Below are positions 9,773-18,313 of a stretch of DNA of 64,000 nucleotides, one piece after another. The stretch's first letter is position 1; the number at the start of each line of letters is the position of its first letter. Both the position numbers and the translations under genes were made by a program. Below the pieces are notes generated by a model that did not search any database, was not told the origin of the DNA, and saw only the letters and a program-made list of their open reading frames with translations. Location of the stretch: the NCBI GenBank assembly GCA_052139675.1, contig JBKQWE010000033.1:12122-76121 (forward strand), given 5' to 3'. This DNA is from Candidatus Brocadiia bacterium. GTDB lineage: Bacteria; Planctomycetota; Brocadiia; CAIUPP01.

Positions 9773-11281
9773 ATGATGAAGACAGCGGCGATTGGGATTG
9801 CGGCGGTGGCCATCTGCCTCTCCGCGTTCGCGGCGGATAACTCGGCGAATATCCTGACTCCGCCCGCTCCGCCCGAGCCTCGGATCAACGGTCCTGCGGT
9901 GTTCGGCGTGCGTCCGGGATCGCCGTTGCTGTACACCATTCCCGCCACCGGCGACCGGCCGATGGAGTTCGCCGTGGAGGGTTTGCCCGAGGGTCTGGCG
10001 GTTGACGCCACTACCGGGCGGATCACCGGCGAACTGGCCGGGAAGGGCGAGTTCAAGGTCCTCCTGAAGGCCGGGAACGCCCGGGGATCGGCGGAGAAGA
10101 AGTTCCGAATCGTCGTCGGCGACCGGATCTGCCTGACCCCGCCGATGGGCTGGAACAGTTGGAACTGCTGGGCCGGATCGGTCAACCAGGACAAGGTCCT
10201 GCAGTCGGCCCGGCAGATGGTCTCCAGCGGGCTGATCAACCACGGTTGGACGTACATCAACATTGACGATACCTGGCAGGGCAAGCGCGGCGGCGAGTTC
10301 AACGGACTCCAAGGCAACGAGAAGTTCCCGGACATGAAAGGACTCTGCGACGAGATTCACAAACTCGGGCTGAAGGCGGGAATCTACTCCACGCCGTGGA
10401 TTACGTCGTACGCGGGATTCCCCGGCGGGTCCGGCGATGATCCCTCGGGCGCGCGGGATCAGGCGATGTCGGACCGGAAGTCCTGGCGGTTCGGTAAAAC
10501 CTCGTTTGCCGAAAACGATGCCAGGCAGTGGGCGGCGTGGGGATTCGACTATCTCAAGTACGACTGGAATCCCAACGACCTCGACCACGTCTCCGAGATG
10601 AACAAAGCGCTTCGGGCGTGCAGGCGCGACACCGTCTTCTCGCTCTCCAACGCCGCTCCGTTCGAGCGCGCCGCCGACTGGGCGAAGTGGGCCAACTGCT
10701 GGCGCACCACCGGCGACATCGGCGACAACTGGGACGTTGTGAGCCGGATCGCCTTCTCCGGCGACCGCTGGGCGCCGTTCGCCGGTCCGGGCCACTGGAA
10801 CGATCCGGATATGCTGGTGGTCGGCTACGTCGGCTGGGGCCCGGCTCTGCACATGACCGGCCTGACGCCCGACGAGCAATACACGCACATCAGCATGTGG
10901 TGCATGCAGTCGGCGCCGCTGCTGATCGGATGCGACATGGAGAAGCTCGACCCGTTCACGCTGGGCCTGCTGACCAACGACGAGGTGCTCGCGGTGGACC
11001 AGGACGCTCTCGGGAAGCAGGCGGTCCGCGTGAACACCATCGGCTCGGTGGACGTTTACTTGAAGGAGTTGGAGGACGGTTCCAGGGTCGTGGGCTTCTT
11101 CAATCGCGGGCCTCAGGTCGAGACGGCGGATTTCGACAAGCTGGCCGGCCTCGGCATGCCCGGCGCGCTGCTGGCCCGCGACTTGTGGAGTCAGAAGGAC
11201 CTCGGCAATGTGGAAGGCGTGATCCGGGCGACGATCAACTCCCACGGAGCGGTCCTGATCAAGCTGACGCCGAAGGAGTAG
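9773..11281 (+). CDS. alpha-galactosidase, GH27 family, secreted, with N-terminal Ig-like domain
   Basis: Signal peptide. GH27 hallmarks PPMGWNSWNCW and FDYLKYDWN (catalytic Asp region). About 110 aa N-terminal extra domain. Confidence 0.8.
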   Translation: MMKTAAIGIAAVAICLSAFAADNSANILTPPAPPEPRINGPAVFGVRPGSPLLYTIPATGDRPMEFAVEGLPEGLAVDATTGRITGELAGKGEFKVLLKAGNARGSAEKKFRIVVGDRICLTPPMGWNSWNCWAGSVNQDKVLQSARQMVSSGLINHGWTYINIDDTWQGKRGGEFNGLQGNEKFPDMKGLCDEIHKLGLKAGIYSTPWITSYAGFPGGSGDDPSGARDQAMSDRKSWRFGKTSFAENDARQWAAWGFDYLKYDWNPNDLDHVSEMNKALRACRRDTVFSLSNAAPFERAADWAKWANCWRTTGDIGDNWDVVSRIAFSGDRWAPFAGPGHWNDPDMLVVGYVGWGPALHMTGLTPDEQYTHISMWCMQSAPLLIGCDMEKLDPFTLGLLTNDEVLAVDQDALGKQAVRVNTIGSVDVYLKELEDGSRVVGFFNRGPQVETADFDKLAGLGMPGALLARDLWSQKDLGNVEGVIRATINSHGAVLIKLTPKE

Positions 11282-11389
11282 CTTATCACTATGGGCGGCA
11301 GTGACGCCCATCCGCGCCGCGAGTGCTTGCAGGAGGGCTCATGCATCCGGGAAATTCTGATCCATGCGCACTTCAGAGTGGACCCAGTG

Positions 11390-11527
11390 CTTCCTGGCGG
11401 AAATAGACCTCCTATTTCCGCCAGGAAGCATGACCGCGATAAGCCGCGTCGTTATATTGGGTTATGCGGTCCGTTGGACCGTGTTTAGTTGCGCAAATTG
11501 GTACGCCAATTTGCGCAACTAAACACT
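11390..11527. repeat. two-hairpin intergenic repeat element, copy A
   Basis: Hairpin 1 cttcctggcggaaatag-acctc-ctatttccgccaggaag (17-bp stem). Conserved 50-nt spacer. Hairpin 2 gtttagttgcgcaaattgg-tacg-ccaatttgcgcaactaaac (19-bp stem). Near-identical copy at 19881..20020. Confidence 0.75.
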
Positions 11528-13175
11528 AGCGCCGCGGGCGAGCCTCGAGCACGATGGGGTTGCCATCGGGAAGCCCCGCGATCTTCACCAGTTCGTAGGA
11601 CTTGAGAAGCGCCTTTATCTGCACCGGCTGAAAGCTCGAAGTCGCGCGGTCCAGCAGCACAAACCGGTACGGCCAGTACGTGTCCTGCTTGGAAGAGGAG
11701 GCAGGAATCGTCTCGCCCGCCTCCAGGACGCGTCCGGGCAGCCGGGAATAAAACGTCCCGTAGCAGGAGTTGGTCAGCAGCGCGTCGCCGGGCTGCGCAT
11801 GGTCGCCGATCCAGCGCGCGGCCTGGAGCACCGACCGTGAATGATCGTGGAGCGGGCGCAGGCTGCGCGGCAGCAGCCCCAGCACGGACCCGGCGACCAG
11901 CAGGCCGGCCAGGAGGCCGGGGCTGAATCGCGCCGCCACCGCCGGCCACGGAGCCAGCAGCCCGGACAACTTCCCGCCCAGCCAGATGGTCCCGCTGCCC
12001 GCCCAGGCGAGGCTCACGCACAGCAGCGGCATGGTATGCCGCCCTGCGATGTAGCCTGCCACCAGGTACAGCAGGAGCAGGAGCAGGATGTTGAAGCCGG
12101 CCAGGACCGCCAAGTAGAGCTTCGGACGCGGCTGGGCCTTCGGCGCGCCGGGGAAGACAACTCCCATCGCAACCAGCCATGTAATAAAGTAACGCAGACT
12201 TACCGTCCACTGCATGGACAGCACGGCCACGGCATACTCCAGCGCGACGAGTCGGCCGCTCCGGGGAGCCGGTTGAGCAGCGACAGGGACCGGTGCCGGC
12301 TCTGAGACGGCCGGGACTGCAACTGGTGGCGAGGCGGCCGGACTGGGCTGCGCCGCGGGCGGCGCTGCCGGCGGAGCGCCTGCGAGACTCTGGCTCCCTT
12401 GCTCGGCCGATTCGCTGCGCACGAGCGCGCTGAAGTCCTTCTTGCCCGTCAGTTTCCCCTTGAGGCACGGATACGGCGCCGCGACGATTCCCGCGGCGAC
12501 CAGCAACCCGGCAAGCCAGGCGAGCGCCCGCAGCGGCTTTTCGCGTCCGAAGACGGCCAGGAGCGCAATGACGCCGGCGCCGACGACGACCGGGGCCAGC
12601 CCTTCGGGCCGTATCCAGTAGGCCAGGGCGCTCGACGCGCCGGCGAGCGGAAAAAACCAGAACCTGCGCCGGACCAGCCCTTCGGTGATCAACCAGGCCG
12701 ACAGGAGGTAGAAGAACAGGTGCGGCGCGTCGCTCATGGTATCCGCGGCGCTTTCGCAGAAACCCGGCAGGATCGCGAAGAAGACCGCCGCAATGCCGGC
12801 CACGCGGTTGTCGAACGCGCGGCGGACAAAGCACCAGAACACGAGCACGTTGAGGAAGCCGAAGAGCATCACCGGCGCCCGCGCGGCCCAGATCCATGCG
12901 CGGAAATCATCCGCCGGCCCGAACAGGCCGATGACGCGCCGGGTAGCCAGGATCAACGCCGGGTAGCCGGGATGCTGGACCGATTTGCGGATCGCCTCGA
13001 TGGGCGATCCGCCGAGTTGCTGCGCTATTTCGATGAACGTCACGCCGTCCTTCGCGATGACCGGCGACCGCGCGGCAAGGGCGATCTCCACTCCCGCCGT
13101 CAGCGCCAGGGCGACGAACAGCCCGATCAGCGTCCCGCGCGGCGTGGCGACCGGACCGGTCTCTTCAGTGTGCAT
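11526..13175 (-). CDS. polytopic membrane glycosyltransferase, GT39/GT83-like (ArnT/PMT fold) with Pro/Ala-rich linker
   Basis: Multiple TM helices at the N-terminus, DG..F.E motif region (AKDGVTFIEIAQ) reminiscent of ArnT/PMT family, internal PAAPPAAQPSPAASPP linker. Assignment by architecture only. Confidence 0.45.
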   Translation of the reverse strand: MHTEETGPVATPRGTLIGLFVALALTAGVEIALAARSPVIAKDGVTFIEIAQQLGGSPIEAIRKSVQHPGYPALILATRRVIGLFGPADDFRAWIWAARAPVMLFGFLNVLVFWCFVRRAFDNRVAGIAAVFFAILPGFCESAADTMSDAPHLFFYLLSAWLITEGLVRRRFWFFPLAGASSALAYWIRPEGLAPVVVGAGVIALLAVFGREKPLRALAWLAGLLVAAGIVAAPYPCLKGKLTGKKDFSALVRSESAEQGSQSLAGAPPAAPPAAQPSPAASPPVAVPAVSEPAPVPVAAQPAPRSGRLVALEYAVAVLSMQWTVSLRYFITWLVAMGVVFPGAPKAQPRPKLYLAVLAGFNILLLLLLYLVAGYIAGRHTMPLLCVSLAWAGSGTIWLGGKLSGLLAPWPAVAARFSPGLLAGLLVAGSVLGLLPRSLRPLHDHSRSVLQAARWIGDHAQPGDALLTNSCYGTFYSRLPGRVLEAGETIPASSSKQDTYWPYRFVLLDRATSSFQPVQIKALLKSYELVKIAGLPDGNPIVLEARPRR

Positions 13176-13242
13176 TCTGGTTGATGAATCCCCTAAAGGT
13201 GTCAGGGAAAGGACGACCGCCTCGAAAGCCGGCGACCGCGCT

Positions 13243-14376
13243 TCAGCATCGCTCTGCTCCCTTCCGCGGCGACAGAAGATTCTCGCGGAGCGCGGCCTTG
13301 CACCGTTCGCGGCTGAAACGCAGCGCGTTCGCGCGCAGCGTTTCGGCGCGGAAGGCCGCCTCGGACCGCTCGAACCGGCGCACGGCCTCGACGAGCGCCG
13401 CGGCGGTCGGCTCGCGGAAAAGGATGCCCGTCGCGCCCGCCTGCGGCGCGGCCTGCGCCAGGTCCACGACGGTCTCGAGCGCGCCGCCGCGGCCGTAGGC
13501 GATGACCGGCCGCCCGCACGCCTGGACTTCCAGCGGCACGAGGCCGAAGTCCTCCTCGCCCGGGAAGATCAGCGCCCTGCACGCCGAGTAATGCCGCCGC
13601 AGCGCGTCGTCCGGCTGGCGGCCGAGGAATTTCACGTTCGGCGGCGCGGTCCTGCGCGCCCAGCCGAGGTCCTGGCCCTCGCCGATCACCACCAGCTCGC
13701 GGCCCAGCGCGCGGAACGCCTCCAGCGCCAGGTCCATGCGCTTGTACGGCGCCAGCGCGCCCGCCCACAAGTAGAAGCCGCCGGGCGCGGCCTCCACCGG
13801 GCGGAAGTAATCGGTGTCCACCGGAGGATAAACCACCGCCGACTCCCGGTCAAGGCAGCGCCGGACGCGCTCGCGCACGTTCTCGCAATCGGAGACATAC
13901 TCGGTCACCCGCCGCGCGGCCTGCCGGTTCCATTCCCGCAGCCGCGGCTGCAACCGTCGCAGGAGGAAGTACTGGAGGCCGGCGCGCCACCCGCGCGGAC
14001 GGTAGGCCTCGAGCTGGTCCCAGGCGTAGCGCATCGGCGTCAGGCAATAGCAGACGAACCGCGTGCCTTCCGCGACCCGCACCCCGTGCGCCACGCAATG
14101 GCTGACGGCGACGACCAGGTCGTAACCTTCCAGCCGCATCCGCCCCGCCGCCCACGGCATGAGCGGCAGCAGGTTCCGGTAATAGCCGCCGACGCCGGGC
14201 AACCGGTCCAGGCAGGAGGTGAAGATGCGCCGGTTCTCGATCACGGGCGTGACGCTGCCGGGGACGTGAACCATCGTGTAGAGATCGGCCTCGGGGAAAA
14301 GCTCGCAGAGGACCTCGAGGACCTTTTCTCCACCCCGCATGCCCGTCAGCCAGTCATGGACGAGAGCGCAACGCAC
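13243..14376 (-). CDS. glycosyltransferase family 4 (GT-B fold) protein
   Basis: N-terminus MRCALVHDWLTGMRGGEKVLEVL typical of GT4 enzymes. C-terminal EEDFGLVPLE motif (E-X7-E). 67 bp upstream of the GT39-like gene on the same strand. Confidence 0.7.
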   Translation of the reverse strand: MRCALVHDWLTGMRGGEKVLEVLCELFPEADLYTMVHVPGSVTPVIENRRIFTSCLDRLPGVGGYYRNLLPLMPWAAGRMRLEGYDLVVAVSHCVAHGVRVAEGTRFVCYCLTPMRYAWDQLEAYRPRGWRAGLQYFLLRRLQPRLREWNRQAARRVTEYVSDCENVRERVRRCLDRESAVVYPPVDTDYFRPVEAAPGGFYLWAGALAPYKRMDLALEAFRALGRELVVIGEGQDLGWARRTAPPNVKFLGRQPDDALRRHYSACRALIFPGEEDFGLVPLEVQACGRPVIAYGRGGALETVVDLAQAAPQAGATGILFREPTAAALVEAVRRFERSEAAFRAETLRANALRFSRERCKAALRENLLSPRKGAERC

Positions 14377-14617
14377 GGGATTTTTCTGCCGGCGGCTGAT
14401 CGGGCGCCGGCGAGAAGCTCCTCACAAACCCGCGATGGCTGCAAATATTGAATTATACCCTTGCCGCGAATATCCCGCAAGACGCCGGCGCCCGCGCGGC
14501 GACCTGTCGCAAATTGTTGCAACTTGCGGCTCGGACGTTGCTTGCGAGCTGCTGAAATGCCTGCTACTATTGGGCGATTGCGGAGGGCGCGCGGTCTTGA
14601 AAACCGGAGATGCTGCG

Positions 14618-17035
14618 ATGCCGACACAAGCGACTGACGTCATTATCAGGCGGTGCGCGGCGCTGCGAGCGAGCCTGGTTCCGCTGATGCTCGCGCTGCT
14701 GCTCGGCTCGCAGGCCCGGGCCCAGGTTGTCCGGGCGGTCGTCCGAGCTGACGAGAACCAGAAGAACCTGCTGAAGGAAAACGCCTGGCGGCCGTTCCAA
14801 AGCGAGTTCCCTTTCAGGCGCGATGGAGAAGCCTTCGTCTGCGACAACGGGGCGGACCGCAACGCCAGGGGCGGCGTCAGCCAGGCGGTGGTCCTTAACC
14901 AGTCGGCGCCCCGGCCGATCCTCGCTTCGGTCTGGAGCCAGGCCGCCGGCGTCGGCGGGCAGCGCGATGCGGATTACTCGCTCTACCTCGATCTCGTCTA
15001 CACGGACGGCGAGCCGCTCTGGGGCCAGGTCGCGCCGTTCAAGGTCGGCACTCATGACTGGCAGCGCGTGGAAGTGCGGGTCTTCCCCGCCAAGCCGGTC
15101 AAAGAGGTCTACTTCCACATGCTGCTCCGCTCGCATGCCGGGAAGGCGTCGTTCAAGCAGCCGCAGTTGTGCCAGATCGCAACCGCCCGCGACGCCGTGA
15201 TCTTTGACGGCGTGCCCGTCAAGCCGACTGCGGCCGGAACGGAGGGCTTCTGGGTCCGCGACGCGGCGGCCGATTCCGACTTCCATTCGCTGGAGAACGG
15301 AGAGGCGCTGGGCCTGAAGCTGGAGTTCAAGAAGGCCCTGCAGGGACAAGCCGCCTTCTTCACCGGCAGCCTGACTGATACCACCGGCAAGGACCGTGCC
15401 GTGACTCTGATCTATGCGGCGCCCGTTTCCGGCGACGGCTGGCGCTGGTGGGCGAGCCCTCGCCAGGACATGCCCGCCTCGCCCTATGAGAATGTATGCG
15501 CGTCGCGGTTCGGAGACAGCGGGACGGGCCGGCTGTCCTTGTACCCGTTTGCCGCCGTCACCCAAGGGGACCAGGGCCGGGCCATCGCCCTGGACATGGG
15601 CAGGCCCGCGTTCTTCCGCGTCGGGTTCGCCGCGGGATTGAGCGAACTCTACATCGCCTATGACCTGGGCCTGGCGAAGGAGAAGCCCGCGGCGGAGTTC
15701 TCCTTCTGCACCTTCCCCTTCGCCGGCGCGGCGGGGTTCCGCGGCGCGGCCGCCCGGTTCTACAAGCTCTTCCCGGAATATTTCCGCTGCCGCACGCCGC
15801 GGCAGGGAATCTGGATGCCGTTCCAGAAAATCAGCCAGGTCGCCGGCTGGCAGGATTTCGGCTTCCGGTTCAAGGAGGGCAATGACGAGACCGAATGGGA
15901 CAACGCGCACGACATCATCACATTCCGCTATACCGAGCCGATGACCTGGTGGATGCCCATGCCGAAGGAGCTGCCGCGCATGCCGGAGGCCGCGCTGGCC
16001 GAGGCCAAAAGGCGAGCGGCCAAGGGCGACCGGGATGCCCAGGCCCTGCTGACCAGCGGCCATTACGACGAATCGGGGCAGTTCGTGGCCCAGATCCTTC
16101 ACGAGCCGTGGTGCGATGGCGCGGTCTGGAGCATGAACTCTTCACCCGGCATTCCGGGCGATGTGACGGACTTCAAGAACAAGTGGAACGCGGACCTGCG
16201 GGAAAAGCTGTACGGCAAGGGCCGCAAGGGCGACCTCGGCGGAGAGTACGTTGATTCCAGCGAAGGCTACGTGACGGCCGAGCTGGATTTCCGCCGGGAG
16301 CACCTGGCCGCCGCGCAGGCGCCGCTGACCTTCTCGGCCGACGACTTCAAGCCTGCGGTCTTCCGCGGCCTGATCGCGTTCGAGTACGTCCGCGCCATCG
16401 CCGAAGACGTGCACGGCATGGGCAAACTCATGATGGCCAACGGCACTCCGGGCCGGCTGTGCTGGCTGGCGCCGTGGCTGGACGTCTTGGGGACCGAGAC
16501 CGACTGGAACCCCGGCGGAAAATGGCGGCCGATGTCCGACGAGGAACTGCTCTACCGGCGGGTCCTGTGCGGGCCGAAGCCGTACTGCTTCCTGATGAAC
16601 ACGGACTTCACGGCCCTCTCCCATGAACGGGTCGAGAAGTACATGAAGCGCTGCCTGGCCTGCGGCATGTTCCCCGGCTTCTTCAGCCAGAACGCCTCCG
16701 AGGGCCACTACTTCAGCCAACCCGCGCTCTACAACCGCGACCGCGACCTGTTCAAGAAGTACGTGCCGCTGTGCCGCACGGTGGCCGAGGCGGGCTGGCA
16801 GCCGATCACCCGCGCCCGATGCGAGGACCCGAAGGTGCGGGTGGAACGCTTTGGCGAGAAGTACCTGACGGTGTTCAACGACAGCGGCCGGGAAACGGAA
16901 GCGGTCATCGCGCTGAGCGGCCAGGCTTCCGGAACGGTCCGCGAGCTCGTCGGCGGCGCGGAACTGCCGGTCGCGGGCGGGAAGCTCACGCTATCGCTGA
17001 AGGCGGAGGACGTGGCCGTCATCGTCGAGGAGTGA
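14618..17035 (+). CDS. large secreted hypothetical protein (805 aa)
   Basis: Start chosen at MPTQATDVIIRRCAALRASLVPLMLALLLGSQARAQ (signal-like) because the track ORF start 14339 overlaps the convergent GT4 gene. Composition protein-like throughout. No family recognised. Confidence 0.5.
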   Translation: MPTQATDVIIRRCAALRASLVPLMLALLLGSQARAQVVRAVVRADENQKNLLKENAWRPFQSEFPFRRDGEAFVCDNGADRNARGGVSQAVVLNQSAPRPILASVWSQAAGVGGQRDADYSLYLDLVYTDGEPLWGQVAPFKVGTHDWQRVEVRVFPAKPVKEVYFHMLLRSHAGKASFKQPQLCQIATARDAVIFDGVPVKPTAAGTEGFWVRDAAADSDFHSLENGEALGLKLEFKKALQGQAAFFTGSLTDTTGKDRAVTLIYAAPVSGDGWRWWASPRQDMPASPYENVCASRFGDSGTGRLSLYPFAAVTQGDQGRAIALDMGRPAFFRVGFAAGLSELYIAYDLGLAKEKPAAEFSFCTFPFAGAAGFRGAAARFYKLFPEYFRCRTPRQGIWMPFQKISQVAGWQDFGFRFKEGNDETEWDNAHDIITFRYTEPMTWWMPMPKELPRMPEAALAEAKRRAAKGDRDAQALLTSGHYDESGQFVAQILHEPWCDGAVWSMNSSPGIPGDVTDFKNKWNADLREKLYGKGRKGDLGGEYVDSSEGYVTAELDFRREHLAAAQAPLTFSADDFKPAVFRGLIAFEYVRAIAEDVHGMGKLMMANGTPGRLCWLAPWLDVLGTETDWNPGGKWRPMSDEELLYRRVLCGPKPYCFLMNTDFTALSHERVEKYMKRCLACGMFPGFFSQNASEGHYFSQPALYNRDRDLFKKYVPLCRTVAEAGWQPITRARCEDPKVRVERFGEKYLTVFNDSGRETEAVIALSGQASGTVRELVGGAELPVAGGKLTLSLKAEDVAVIVEE

Positions 17036-17047
17036 CGGCGATTCCGG

Positions 17048-18091
17048 TCAGCTCCAGCCGTGTTCGTACCCGGTCTCGTACATCGCCACGACGTTCTCCG
17101 CCGGGCCGACGACCTGGATGTTGTGGCACGGGGCGATGATGTAGCCGCCGCCGGCGCCGAGGATTCGCAGGTTGTCCATGACCTCCTGCCGCACCTCCGC
17201 GACCGTGCCGAACGGAAGCGTCTGCTGGTTGTCCACCCCGCCGTGGAAGATCAGCTTGCCGCCGAAGTCGCGCTTCAGCCGCTCGCGCTCCATGCCCCTG
17301 CATCTCCACTGGATCGGATTGAGCACGTCAATCCCCGCCGCGATCATGTCCGGCAGGATGCGCCAGCAGGAGCCGTCGTTGTGGTGGAAGGCGTACGCGC
17401 CGGCGCTGTGCGTCAGGGCGATCATCCGTTTCATCCGCGGCAACAGGAACTCGTGAATGTGCTTGACGGAGAGCATCAGGTCGTTCTGCCCGCCCATGTC
17501 CTCGGCGATATACGAGATCGTGACTTTGCCCGGGATCGCCTCGTAGGTCCGGCGCGTCTGCTCATAGGCGAAGTCGAAAAGCTTGTCGAGGCAGTAGTGG
17601 ACGATTTCCGGGTTGAGCGCCAGGTCCATGAACGCCTGCTCCTGTCCGCGCAGCGACTTGTAGGTGAGGAACGGCTCGGACCCGCCGCCGCGGATCGGGC
17701 GGCGCTCCTGCCCTTCGACCTGCTTCGGAATGCCGGAGAAGTCGAACCAGTCTATGCCGGGCCAGCGGTAGTTCTTCTCGATCTCCGCGACGGAGTTGTA
17801 CCGGGCGAGCGGGGCGTCGGCGTTCTCGAGATACTCGCCGCCCTCGTGCCGGATCGTCTGCATGCGGATCCCGTAGAGGTTCGTCCCCGGCGGCAGCTTC
17901 GGCCCGACGTACTTCGGGCCGACGTCCAGCGGCGCGTCAATGTGCAATCGCGCGAACACCTCCTCGGTGGTGGCGAGGCCCAGGTGCTGCTTCAGCTTCG
18001 CGGTCGCTTCCGACGTCGCCCAGTAATCCATCGGCACGCGGTCCGGCTTCTCGCGCCGCAGAACGGCCAGCCAGCGCTCGCGAGGCGTCAT
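17048..18091 (-). CDS. uroporphyrinogen decarboxylase (URO-D) family protein, MtaA/CmuA-like
   Basis: N-terminus MTPRERWLAVLRREKPDRVPMDYW matches the canonical start of the URO-D/MtaA family. TIM-barrel family sequence throughout. Upstream in-frame ATGs at 18106/18112 are possible alternatives. Confidence 0.7.
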   Translation of the reverse strand: MTPRERWLAVLRREKPDRVPMDYWATSEATAKLKQHLGLATTEEVFARLHIDAPLDVGPKYVGPKLPPGTNLYGIRMQTIRHEGGEYLENADAPLARYNSVAEIEKNYRWPGIDWFDFSGIPKQVEGQERRPIRGGGSEPFLTYKSLRGQEQAFMDLALNPEIVHYCLDKLFDFAYEQTRRTYEAIPGKVTISYIAEDMGGQNDLMLSVKHIHEFLLPRMKRMIALTHSAGAYAFHHNDGSCWRILPDMIAAGIDVLNPIQWRCRGMERERLKRDFGGKLIFHGGVDNQQTLPFGTVAEVRQEVMDNLRILGAGGGYIIAPCHNIQVVGPAENVVAMYETGYEHGWS

Positions 18092-18313
18092 CGTTTCCTT
18101 GGGCATGCGCATCCTCCAGGTTGATCGTTGGGAACCTGCTTGCCAGGATTCTATCATCCCCGAATGAAATAGCAACCGAGGTTCCGCGCCGGCGGCCAAG
18201 GACTTGCTTGACGGAGGCAACCTCGATTGCTAAACATGCTGTTGGATGCGTGATGGTCCTGCGGCGCGCGGCCGCAGGGCGAATTCCGGCTCGCGCAGGA
18301 GGCTTCGAACGCC

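Noticed and set aside
9665-11311. 548-aa minus-strand ORF across the GH27 gene
   Set aside because: Antisense artefact. GH27 motifs (GWNSWN, YLKYDWN) are on the plus strand.
11291-11488. 65-aa ORF and an embedded 30-codon ORF inside the two-hairpin element
   Set aside because: Differences between the two element copies are non-synonymous but stem-preserving, so the conserved entity is the structure, not a peptide.
14339-14617. Upstream in-frame extension of the 14618-17035 gene
   Set aside because: Would overlap the convergent GT4 gene by about 40 bp and lacks a signal peptide. The internal Met at 14618 is followed by a signal-like segment.
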